From Planktothrix sp. GU0601_MAG3 (GTDB lineage: Bacteria > Cyanobacteriota > Cyanobacteriia > Cyanobacteriales > Microcoleaceae): 64,000 nt of DNA. The stretch spans positions 5,076,578 through 5,140,577 of the forward strand of contig CP136572.1 in NCBI GenBank assembly GCA_035193785.1, in the 5' to 3' direction. The notes under the pieces were generated by a model. The model saw only the letters and a list, made by a program, of their open reading frames with translations, was not told the DNA's origin and ran no database searches. Shown here one piece after another: positions 21,296 to 31,602 of this stretch; positions within the stretch are counted from its first letter, which is position 1; every line of letters begins with the position of its first letter. Both the position numbers and the translations under genes were made by a program.

Positions 21296-23616
21296 CTACG
21301 CCTCTAAAGCGGGAACTTCCACCGCCGCGATTTGGAGGGCAACTTCCGTTTTCGGTCGGTCTAATTTGAGTACCAGAACCCCCAAAGGTGGTAAACATAA
21401 ATCCAAAGAATGGGGATAATTATGGAACCACCATTCATCCGTCCATTTACCCCCTAAATTCCCCATATTACTGCCGCCAAATTCACCGGAATCACTATTA
21501 AATAATTCCGTATAGAATCCCAATTCAGGAACACCCACGCGATAATGACTATGGGGTTGGGGCGTAAAATTACAGACAACTACCACAAATTCTTCCGGAT
21601 CTTTCGCCCGACGAATAAACGACACTACACTGTGACGAGTATCCGTACAATCAATCCATTGGAAACCCGGCTTCAGCAAAATCCTGTTCATATAAGGCCG
21701 GTTCAGTGCGATACAATTCATTCAACGCTTGGAATAACCGTTTAGTCTGTTGGTGGGCGGGATATTGCATCAATTCCCATTCCAAAGTTCCCCAAGCATT
21801 CCATTCTTGACGCTGACCAAACTCCATTCCCATGAACAAAGTTTTCTTACCCGGGTGAGTAAACATATAGGTAAACAAACACCGGACATTAGCAAATTTT
21901 TGCCAATCATCCCCGGGCATTTTGTTGGCAATATTGCTCTTACAATGCACCACCTCATCATGGGAAAGCGCCAACATAAAGTTCTCGCTGTGGTGATACC
22001 AAATACTAAAAGTAATGTTATTTTGATGGAACTGACGGAACCAAGGATCCATGCTGAAATAATCCAACATATCGTGCATCCAGCCCATATTCCATTTCAG
22101 GTTAAACCCTAACCCCCCCACATAGGTCGGCCAGGACACCATCGGCCAGGAGGTAGATTCTTCCGCAATGGATAGAGTCCCCGGATAGTAACTAAACAGA
22201 ACATGGTTAGTTTGACGCAGGAAATCCGCCGCTTCAATATGTTCACAACCGCCGTATTGATTAGCAACCCATTCGCCATCGGGACGTAAATAGTTCAGAT
22301 ACAGCATCGAGGCGACCGCATCCACCCGAATTCCATCGATATGATACTTGTCATACCAAAATAGGGCATTAGCCACCAGGAAATTTCGGACTTCGTTGCG
22401 ACCATAGTTAAACACCAAGGTTCCCCATTCCTTGTGTTCGCCCTTGCGGGGGTCGGCGTGTTCGTAGAGGTGAGTGCCATCAAAGAACGGTAAACCGTGT
22501 CCGTCTTTGGGGAAATGTCCCGGCACCCAGTCCACAATCACTCCAATGCCGTTTAAATGGCATTGATCCACAAAATACATGAAATCTTCAGGACTGCCAA
22601 ACCGGGAGGTAGGGGCATAATATCCGGTGACTTGATATCCCCAAGAGCCATCAAAGGGATGTTCGGCGATCGGTAATAATTCAATATGGGTAAAGCCTAA
22701 ATCTTTAACGTAGGGAATTAACTGATCCGCGAGTTCCCGATAGGTTAAAAAACGACCACCCGGATCAAGCTCACAGGCCTGTACCGCCGGTTCAACGGTG
22801 CCATCGGGTAAAACATGGGGTTGATCAAACGGAGCGCGGTTCCAAGACCCCAAATGGCATTCATAAACCGAAATCGGGGATTTCAGGGGATCTTTATGAC
22901 GTCGTTCTTCTAACCAATCTTGATCGCGCCATTGGTAGGTATCTAAATTAGCAACAATAGAAGCGGTTTTGGGGCGAACTTCTTGATAAAACCCGTAGGG
23001 ATCGGTTTTCTCGTAGATATGTCCTTCCCAGTTTTTAATTTCATATTTGTAATGTTCCCCCACTCCCAGTCCGGGGATAAACATTTCCCAAACGCCATTA
23101 CCCAACTTCCGCATTTGGTGTTTGCGTCCATCCCAATTATTGAAGTTACCAATAATGGAAACGTTCCGCGCACTCGGTGCCCAAACGGCAAAATACACCC
23201 CAGCTACGTCATTGACGGTCATTAGGTGAGCACCTAATTTTTCATAAATCCGGTGGTGGTTGCCCTCTGCAAACAGGTGAACATCCATATCGGTAAATTG
23301 GGCAGAACGGAAAGCATAGGGGTCATAAACCACCTTTTCATGTTCCCCCTCCTTGAGTCGCAGTTGATAATTGGAGAGTTCATGGGTCTCAATTATGCAC
23401 TCGAAGAAATGGGGATTATGGACGGACTGCATGGGGTATTCCTGTCGTTGTTCGGGCAACAGAACCCATGCCGCCTCCGCATTAGGGAGGTACGCTCTTA
23501 CTACCCATACCGTTTTACCCTCATGTTCAATTTGATGGGAAACCTAACACTTCAAAGGGATCTTGGTGATGGTTCCAAACAATCTTATCAATCTGATCAG
23601 TTGCGATGGTCGTCAT
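21296..23616 (-). CDS. glgB: 1,4-alpha-glucan branching enzyme; apparent frameshifts at ~23540 and ~21663
   Basis: [49 protein letters not shown]; start [10 protein letters not shown] at 23616. Confidence 0.96.
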
Positions 23617-23904
23617 GGATTTCTACTGCTCTACAATTACAAAACAGGTCTAATATGGATGGGAAAGGTAGTATCAATTTACTAGATTTTGACCTTTTCA
23701 GGACGAGGAAACCTCCTGCCTGCTACCTTCCGCACTTTCGGGAAAATCCTACTCTTACGCTTTGACATCCTCCCGACACCAACGCTTCGCTTATGCTGCG
23801 GTTCTTCTTGCCCCCATTTGTGATAAGCGAGATTTGGGATTATTTTACTTGATTTTGACCATCTATATTATCAATGACTGTTGACCTTTAGCGAGCGAGG
23901 ACAC

Positions 23905-24374
23905 CCCCACTTCCCCTACTCCCCTACTCCCCTACTCCCCTACTCCCCTACTCCCCAGGGCTGTTTCATTCTCAGGGAAACCAGGGTTTTGTAGGGGTAG
24001 TGCCCCCGTGCCTACCCTCCCCATCCCAGATTTGCAGGCGTTTCAGGGATTGGGGCAACCACGGGGGGATTGGGGCAACCACGGGGGGATTGGGGCAACC
24101 ACGGGGGGATTGGGGCAACCACGGGGGGATTGGGGCAACCACGGGGGGATTGGGGCAACCACGGGGGGATTGGGGCAACCACGGGGGGATTGGGGCAACC
24201 ACGGGGGGATTGGGGCAACCACGGGGGGATTGGGGCAACCACGGGGGGATTGGGGCAACCACGGGGGGATTGCCCCTACAAAGAATGAAACAGCCCTGCC
24301 CTACTCCCCCCGCTCCCCCTGCTCCCCCCGCTCCCCCTGCTCCCCCTACTCCCCCTACCTCCCCTGCTCCCCTA
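23905..24374. repeat. C-rich STRR-type array (CTCCCCTA / CTCCCCCTG)n interrupted by the MITE
   Basis: Visible on both sides of the MITE. Confidence 0.85.
23956..24298. mobile_element. Complete 343-bp ISAs1-type MITE with 17-bp TIRs, 10-bp flanking direct repeat and 11 x 20-bp internal repeats
   Basis: CAGGGCTGTTTCATTCT ... AGAATGAAACAGCCCTG; CCCTACTCCC on both sides; internal GTAGGGG..CCCCTAC REP-like ends. Confidence 0.9.
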
Positions 24375-25038
24375 TAATCCCGGCGGCAAGGGTTCACCAC
24401 AAAGATCATGAATTTTGGCAATCCGGTCGAATATCCAGGGGTAACTTTGGCGATATTCAGGCATCAGGGCCAGGGGACTGAGCAAAGCCGCCGCCGCAAT
24501 ATCCGCAATACTGATGCGATCGCCCACCAAATAGGGCCGTTCTTTCCAGACTTCCAACACCTCAAAAGCCGTTTTTAAGCGAGTTTTAGCCAGTTCAACG
24601 GCTGCGGAATTAATCTGATATTGCCAACGCACGACTTGAATCACTAATTGACTCGATAGGGACGGATCAATTTGTTTCCCCTCTCCAGACCGAAACTGAT
24701 AATAAACAAACCGAGTCGCTGTCCCAATACTTTCATCTAACCAATCTTCCAATAATGCGGCTTGGGTTTGTAGGTGGGGATCAACAAAAAATAAGGGAGG
24801 ATCAGGATAATTATGCTCTAAATACTTGAAAATTTGAGTGGAGTCGGCGATCGCCTGGGGTTGACCTGCTATTTGGGGTAATAAAACCGGAAACCGTGGT
24901 CAGTCCCGTTAGGGGTTTGAGTTTCAGGGTATGAAGTCCCGGGGTGAGATTTTCCACTTGATAAGAAACCCCCTTATACCCCAATGCTAAACGGGCTTTT
25001 CGACAATAATGGGACGTACTAAACTGCAATAGGAGCAT
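24372..25038 (-). CDS. Glutathione S-transferase family protein; apparent frameshift at ~24891
   Basis: SHYCRKARLAL, T(V)PVLL, DSTQI, YLVGDRISIADIAAAALL. Confidence 0.88.
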
Positions 25039-25246
25039 AAAAAACTAAAATGAATTGAATTAATATACAAAACTGAAATTTAACAATATTTTGGGGGTTT
25101 TTCGTGATTAGATAGTTTTAAGTTGGTTTGATAGTTAAGGGTAGGATCTTTCTATTGGAGATGATTCCAAGTGACCCCAGCCCCGGATCAAGCATTGCCT
25201 TTCCATTCCCCCACACCGAAAGCTGAAGTCAAGGTAGGTAAATTTT

Positions 25247-25828
25247 ATGACTGTTGCGTTTAAATCGTCACCTTCTCCTCAACGCAGAATTTCTAGTCCC
25301 GTTGATCTTCCTTCGATACAAAGTAAAGTCGTTCCCTTTAATCAGGCTCGAAAAAAACGGGTTCAAGCCGCCTTGATGACTTCTTTACCCTTGGTTAATC
25401 CCCCCTCGCCAATACCCTCGTCAACGGTTGTTAAAGCCCTACCCCAACCCCAACCCAAACCTTTCTGGCTTACTTCCATAATTGCGGTACAAAAGGTTTC
25501 ATCGGTTGTTACCTCCTTGATTATTGGTTCAACTTTAACAGTTTATGGGTTAACGGTTTATGGAGAGTCGAGTTGGACACAGGAATATCCCAAATTAGAA
25601 AAGTTACGGGCCACGGAACAACAACTGCGCACGGCTCAAGAACTCCTAAAAAATCAAATTGCGATCGCCGCCGACGAACCCACCACAGGTCTTGTGATTC
25701 CCCAACCCAATGATATGATCTATGTTGAACCGGCGAAACCCCGTCCCCAACCATCCCCAGAAACCACAGCCGTGATCAAATTAGATCCCTCTCCCCATCC
25801 AACATTAAACAGACCTTTAGGATATTAA
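25247..25828 (+). CDS. Single-TM coiled-coil protein, FtsL-like (type usually found upstream of ftsI)
   Basis: TM then W..EY.KLE.L coiled coil, Pro-rich tail ending PLGY. Confidence 0.6.
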   Translation: MTVAFKSSPSPQRRISSPVDLPSIQSKVVPFNQARKKRVQAALMTSLPLVNPPSPIPSSTVVKALPQPQPKPFWLTSIIAVQKVSSVVTSLIIGSTLTVYGLTVYGESSWTQEYPKLEKLRATEQQLRTAQELLKNQIAIAADEPTTGLVIPQPNDMIYVEPAKPRPQPSPETTAVIKLDPSPHPTLNRPLGY

Positions 25829-25950
25829 ACAGGGAACAGGGAATTACGAATTACGAATTACGAATTACGAATGGGTTATAGGTTATGGGCAATAGGCAAT
25901 AGGCAATGGGCAATAGGCAATAGGCAATGGGTTAACCTCCCCTACTCCCC
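25829..25950. repeat. STRR-type heptamer arrays (GAATTAC)n and (GGCAATA)n
   Basis: Directly visible. Confidence 0.9.
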
Positions 25951-25952
25951 CA

Positions 25953-26332
25953 ATCAATTTTGGACAGTAGGTATTCATGGTTAATCTGGTCAAAACATTT
26001 TGATATGTCGGCATCTAAGATATAATGCTCACCTTTGTTGATGCTTCGGAAGATTCTTGACATTGCATCATGGGCTGAACGTCCAGGTCTGAACCCGTAG
26101 CTTTCACTATCGAATCTAGCCTCCTATTGTGGCTCTAACGCGGATTTAACCAAGGCTTGCCTAACTCTATCTTGTATAGTTGGGATTCCTAAAGGTCTTT
26201 CCTCCCCGTTGGATTTGGGTATCCATTTCCTTCGGAGTGGTTTCGCCTTTTGGTATTTATTCAAGTTTTGGACAAGTTCTAATCGTTGTTTGGGTGTGAT
26301 GGATTTGACCCCATCTACCCCGGCTGTTCTTT
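25953..26332 (-). pseudogene. Group II intron reverse transcriptase fragment (RT0-RT3) with an in-frame stop
   Basis: Manual translation TAGVDG..PLRRKWIPK.NGEERPLGIPTIQDRVRQALVKSALEPQ*EARF..SYGFRPGRSAHDA..LDADISKCFDQINHEYLLSK. Confidence 0.9.
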
Positions 26333-26588
26333 ATCCATCTCTCGCCCTCATAACATCCGCCTTAGATTTGTGGCTACCTAACAGTATTCGACCTCTGTAG
26401 GAGTAGATGAGGGGTTTTAACGTTCCTTGAAAATGGGATTATTGCCTTGAGAATCATCCTGTCCGCCGGGGTATTTTTGGGAGTCTTAGTAGGTGTTAAG
26501 TTTTCAAACCCTACCTTTATAAAAGAACACACAATCTTCTATCTTTTCCCCTTGTTCTTTTGAATCCAGTGTAATCAAGTCAATTTCA

Positions 26589-26855
26589 CTACTTAATTTT
26601 TACGACGGTTTCAGCCGGATGTTTACTTTCGTTATTCTTGGGCAATTGGCTAGGGAACTCCTTAGATATTTGACTTATATCCGATTTCCCGTTATTCCCA
26701 GCTTCAGTGTTTTGATAATCAGTCTGGTACTGTCGGAATTGCCGAGTCTCTTTGGAATTGGATACCTTGCTTTGACGTTCGGCAAGCCGTACCATTGACT
26801 CCGAGATTAACCCTCCTTTAACTACAGATATTATCTCCTTGTAGGTGACATTCAT
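26589..26855 (-). CDS. Hypothetical 88-aa ORF
   Basis: ORF only; no family recognised. Confidence 0.35.
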   Translation of the reverse strand: MNVTYKEIISVVKGGLISESMVRLAERQSKVSNSKETRQFRQYQTDYQNTEAGNNGKSDISQISKEFPSQLPKNNESKHPAETVVKIK

Positions 26856-27097
26856 CTTGAGAATTACTATAATAAGGTCAAAATGGGTAGCGGCTTATTA
26901 TATAAATGCCAGCCAGCTTTACTTAATATAATTGCATACCCCTATATCAATTTACTAGACAGAGGCGCTTTTTCCCCTTGACACACCCATGCACCCCAAA
27001 AATAAGGATGGTTTAGGGGTTGATAATCGGGCTCAGGATATTTACCTTCCGATTATAATTCTTTCGGAACAGTTTGACCCAGTTCCGTTGTTTGTAA

Positions 27098-28643
27098 TTG
27101 CTGAAAATGAATAAAAATATGAACAAACGTTGTGTTAATTACCTGCTCTCATTGTTGTGCGTATTTCTCGTGTTGCTCTGGAATACGCCAAATGCCTTGG
27201 CATTTTGTGGATTTTTTGTGTCTAAATCTGATACTCAAATGCACAACTCTTCCTCGCGAGTCGTGATCGCTCACAAAGGGAATCGTAGTATTATGAGCAT
27301 GGCAAATAATTATCAAGGAGATGTTAAAGATTTTGCTCGAATTGTACCAATTCCAGTAGTACCAAAGCGCGAACAAGTAAGAATTGGTAACTTAAAAGCG
27401 GTCGAAGCACTCAATGATTTTACAGCACCTCGGCTGGCTGAATACATTGATGAACCTTGCCGTGAGGAAGCACAAATCTTTTATACGGGGGTAATTTTCC
27501 TAACAGGTGTATTACTTTTTGTAGGCGCGATCGTGTGGGCAGGACGATGGGGAGAATTAGCGCAACTGTTGACAGGACTTTTCCTAATAGGTATATTAAT
27601 CGCGATTAGTTTGCCTTCATTCCTGAATCCAGCCAACAAGGCCCCAGTACCAAGCGCTGCTCCTCATTTAATTCCTGATTCTGCTTTGGGTGTCACAGTT
27701 GCAGACAAATTCACCGTAGGCGAGTACGATGTTATCATTCTCAGTGCTGAACAATCCAATGGTTTGACAACTTGGTTAATTCAGAATGGCTACAAAGTTC
27801 CCGATGGAGCCCAGAAAATGCTCCAATCTTATATTGAGCAAGGCATGAAATTTTTTGTGGTTAAAGTTAACCTCATAGAATTAGAAAAAAGCGGTTATGG
27901 GTTTCTGCGTCCGATTGTATTGGATTATGAATCACCTAAGTTTATGCTCCCCATCCGATTAGGAACTTTGAACTCTACCGGAGAACAGAATTTAATTGTT
28001 CACATTCTTTCCCCCGATGGTTATGCAGAAGTCAGCAACTATCGTACTGTCCCCATCCCTACGGATCAGACATCGGAACACTATAAACCATCGGGTGAAG
28101 AATTGCCCTACTTCCTGAAAAATAAAGATAATTTTGGCAAATTCTATGAAGCCATGTTTCCAAGGAGAATATGAACGGCAAGGGAAAAATGTTGCTTTCT
28201 TAGAATATGCTGGGGGTATGGGCTTGGGTAAGTGTGACCCCTGCACGATGCAGCAAGAAGAGATGTACAAACTCATGGAATTACTTCCAGAAATATACCC
28301 TTTTATGCCAGATCAAGGTAAAAACTCTTTTTACTCTGACTTTGGGTATGTTACCCGTTTGCATATACGCTACACTCATGAGAAATTTCCAGAAGATTTA
28401 GAGTTTCGGATAGTGGGAGAAGAGTTTGACGGCTTCACAGAAGCTGAGGAAATCAGCAAGAATGCCAGGCGCCGGGTATATCCTACGGTCTTTCAAGGGC
28501 GATATGTGATTCGTCGTACCAAAGGTACTACTTTTTGCCTAGCCGGGTTCAGATATCGGAAATGGAACCAGAATTGGGTGGAAAACCTGAAGCGATTTAC
28601 GGGTTGGGATACCAAAGAAATAGAGAAAATAGCATCCCGTTAA
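27098..28643 (+). CDS. DUF2330 family protein with an internal TM/pilin-like insert; apparent frameshift at ~28157
   Basis: Signal peptide then AFCGFFV, TAPRL.EY, VGEYDV.ILSA, YIEQGMKFFV.KVN, MLPIRLG, CDPC, VTRLHIRY, FQGRYVIR. Confidence 0.85.
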
Positions 28644-28746
28644 TGGCTCATATTTTCAAGGGAAAAAAAGCGGTTTTCCCTTGTGTTAATTATACTGAAG
28701 CGAAATCAAAACAACTTGGCAAAATTCTATTTGTTAGGAGGATAAG

Positions 28747-29697
28747 ATGTTACACGAATTAACACTGCGTGGATTAGTGCTTGCCAATCCTGTTGTTCCT
28801 TACTTTGTGATCAGACACAAAGGTTTACCATTAACGGATAGCCTATTAATTGTACTTTGTATTATTCCCATTGAGATGCTCGTTATTTGGTTGGTATTCA
28901 AGTTTGATAGAATTGCTATTAATTTTTATAGGCTATTAATAGCAGTGTCATTGGCTAATATTGCTACTTCTATAATAGGAATACCTTTTCTGTATAATTA
29001 TTATATTGAAAAAAACTCAACAAACGCTCATTTTTTAGTGCAATTTTTAATAGGTAATTTTTTCATTGCTTGGTTAGTTGAATCCTTGATATATCAGTCA
29101 TTTCTTAAACAAGAAAATCTATCATTAGTTAACATAGTTAAAGCTGCTTTTGCCAGTAATTTAGTTAGTTACCTGATGTTTGCATTCGTTATTTTACCTT
29201 TTTCTATCAATTCATTTTCTTCAGTTGATACTCACTCTGAAACACTAACAAATTATTATCCACCTGTTATATTTGTTGATAAATATAGACCCATAGTTAA
29301 GTATTTTTTGGAAAATCAACAAGCATTTTACTACAAAAATAACCGCTTTACTAATAATTGGAAAGAATTAGGAGAGAGCGAAATTATTGAAGGACAACAA
29401 GGTATAGAAAGAAGTGAGTCTCAACTTCCATTGATTATAGAGGCTACGGCAGCTAGTTTTCCATTCTCAGCCAGTCTTTCAAACAAAACCCCATATCCAG
29501 GCACAGAATTTCCAAAAATCATTCATTACAATGCCACAATCTTTGTGATCTCGGATCAGTCTAAACCTTCTGAATTAAAATTCATTAAAGGTATTTGTGG
29601 GACACAGGAAGGAATGTCGAAGCCGAAACTGGTTAATGGTAAATTTCAATGTCCTTCTGGTTCTGTAGATAAAAGTGATGAGTGGGGATTGCGTTAA
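28747..29697 (+). CDS. Multi-TM membrane protein with C-terminal type IV pilin-like G/H domain
   Basis: Four hydrophobic segments, then QQAFYYKNNRF..W.ELG...GIC...P.LVNGKFQCPSGS. Confidence 0.7.
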   Translation: MLHELTLRGLVLANPVVPYFVIRHKGLPLTDSLLIVLCIIPIEMLVIWLVFKFDRIAINFYRLLIAVSLANIATSIIGIPFLYNYYIEKNSTNAHFLVQFLIGNFFIAWLVESLIYQSFLKQENLSLVNIVKAAFASNLVSYLMFAFVILPFSINSFSSVDTHSETLTNYYPPVIFVDKYRPIVKYFLENQQAFYYKNNRFTNNWKELGESEIIEGQQGIERSESQLPLIIEATAASFPFSASLSNKTPYPGTEFPKIIHYNATIFVISDQSKPSELKFIKGICGTQEGMSKPKLVNGKFQCPSGSVDKSDEWGLR

Positions 29698-29818
29698 AAA
29701 TCAATAATCAATTAGGGATATAAAAAAGTGTTTTTTTTATCAAGAAGAGTTCTTTATAACCCCGATTTTCTTTGAAAAACTTCGTTTTTTATCCTTTAAT
29801 CATCAACTATCTAAGCAA

Positions 29819-30914
29819 ATGCAAAACTATCAGCTTAACTTTAGGTTTTACCGACCAACTATTTACCCTTCTGCTCTTTCTCTCTCCTTAATACTTGGTA
29901 TTGCTCACGGTTTCGCTGATGCAGCCGCGGGGTTTTTGTTAGGAAGATTACCTCATACCATGTCCTTAGAGCAAGCAAGTGGGCTAATTATTCTCTACAA
30001 TGTCCTAGGTTTTGGTTATCAACCATTAGTGGGGATGTTAACCGATAAATTCAAACGTCCGCATCTAGCTGTTTTGGTGGGTTTGTCCTCACTTTTATTG
30101 GCGTTATTGGTAAAAGATGGGGATTCACAAATCGCGGTAATTTTAGCAGGAATTGGTTTCGGCGGCATTTCATGTCGGCGGTGGCTCTTTCGCGTTAGCG
30201 GCTACTCCTTATAAAAAAACTATAGGAAGTGGACTTTTTACCGCACCAGGAATAATTGGTTTAGCTGTGGGTGGTGTTTTAGGGTTTACAGGTAATAACA
30301 TTACTATACCAATAGTTCTACTACTGGGTTTAATGATAGGGATTATTTCTATAATTAACTTATCTAAATATGATTTATCTTATGCTCATATAGAGAATGA
30401 AGCCACCGAAAATGACAATTTTGGTGATGAGGTTTTATTGGTACTGCTGATCGCGATCGCGCTGACTTCCACAGTCTGGACTAGCTTTCAATTCCTCTTA
30501 CAAACCCATCTCGACTTGATCATTGTCATAGCTTTTGCTGCTGCAATTGCTAAGGTATGTGGTGGTATTTTTGCAGAACTTTGGGGATGGCGATCATGGA
30601 CAATTGTTTCCCTAACAATTGCCGCATTTCTATTATTATTTGGTCAACAAAATCACCTAACTTTAATTCTAGGTTTAGCATTACTTCAATCGACTATTCC
30701 TATCACTCTGGCTGCTACAGCTAAAATGATGCCCCAACAACCAGCTACAGCTACAGGTTTTGCCCTCGGACTTTCTATCCTGATTGGCGGTATTCCGGTA
30801 ATTTGCGGTTTGGGTGAGATCGCAAGCATACCGACTGTTTCTGCTTTGATTGTCATGATCACTACTCTGTCTTTGTGGTGGGTGTTGAAATTGAAAATTA
30901 TGCAAAAAGGATAA
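29819..30914 (+). CDS. MFS-like membrane transporter; apparent frameshift at ~30157
   Basis: AHGFAD, YNVLGFGYQP..G.LTD, G(S)AAFHVGGG, G.F.APG..GLAVG; about 12 TM. Confidence 0.75.
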
Positions 30915-31461
30915 AATTCCTGTAATTATGTGATCTGATTAATTTTCATACTATCCTCTTTGAATAATCCATCTGTTACCCAATGGACTTGATTCTCTAT
31001 TAGCCAATGTTCTCTAATTTTTTTAGCAAATAAGTCTGCTTATTAAACCCTATTACTTATATAATAAACTGTTTTTTTGTATGTATACTTTCCGGTTTCC
31101 CATTTTGTGTATAGTGATCAATTTGATTATATAGTTTAATTTGATTCCGCGACAAGATTGAAGGTTTTATTCAAATCTTGATGGTTAATCTTCATAAAAT
31201 ATCCAATTTCTCGATATCCTTAATATCCCAACATTTTCGCTAATATCACCACTAATAATATCCCCCACATCGAGTATATTTTTCCTTGAGATTTTGGGAA
31301 ATCCTTGACTTTTTTCAGATGTTCTATTAAACTGTTTATGATTACTTTTTTTACTAAAGAATGCGATCGCCCTTGATTTTATCATCAGGCGATGCGCAGC
31401 GGCGCGACTAGCACCATCGCTCTTTCCTTACTCTTTTTGACCCGACTTTGAAACAGCCCTG
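30915..31461 (-). mobile_element. ISAs1-family transposase relic (internally deleted, with stops) retaining one terminal CAGGGCTGTTTCA
   Basis: Manual translation SLIEHLKKVKDF..SQGK..MWGILLVVILAKMLGY*GYREI and VYYIS..FAKKIREHWLIENQVHWVTDGLFKED; end at 31449-31461 matches the MITE TIR. Confidence 0.85.
31389..31420. repeat. 24-nt GC-rich insertion inside a HIP1 site (SDR5-like)
   Basis: GCGAT-GCGCAGCGGCGCGACTAGCACC-ATCGC. Confidence 0.6.
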
Positions 31462-31597
31462 CCCCCCACTCCCCCACTCCCCCACTCCCCCACTCCCCCT
31501 ACTCCCCCTGCTCCCCTGCTCCCCCTGCCTCCCCTGCCTCCCCCTGCTCCCCCTGCACCCCCTGCTCCCCTGCTCCCCCATTCCCCACGCCCCCGCT
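31462..31597. repeat. C-rich (CTCCCCCTG/CTCCCCCA)n array
   Basis: Directly visible. Confidence 0.9.
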
Positions 31598-31602
31598 ACT
31601 AT

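Noticed and set aside
23761..23810. TTGACATCCTCCC.. resembling an IS200/IS605 end
   Set aside because: Only a short match, with no convincing hairpin and no tnpA/tnpB nearby.
23972..24481. Overlapping repeat-rich ORFs (GQPRGDWGNHGGIGATTGG etc.), also at 14484-14858
   Set aside because: They are translations of the stop-free 20-bp MITE array, not genes; identical units also rule out CRISPR.
25953..26332. Retron, DGR or defence RT system
   Set aside because: The motifs are group II intron-like, the fragment is truncated with a stop, and I found no template/variable repeat pair or msr-msd.
31185..31385. 66-aa hypothetical ORF
   Set aside because: It is an off-frame reading of the ISAs1 transposase relic.
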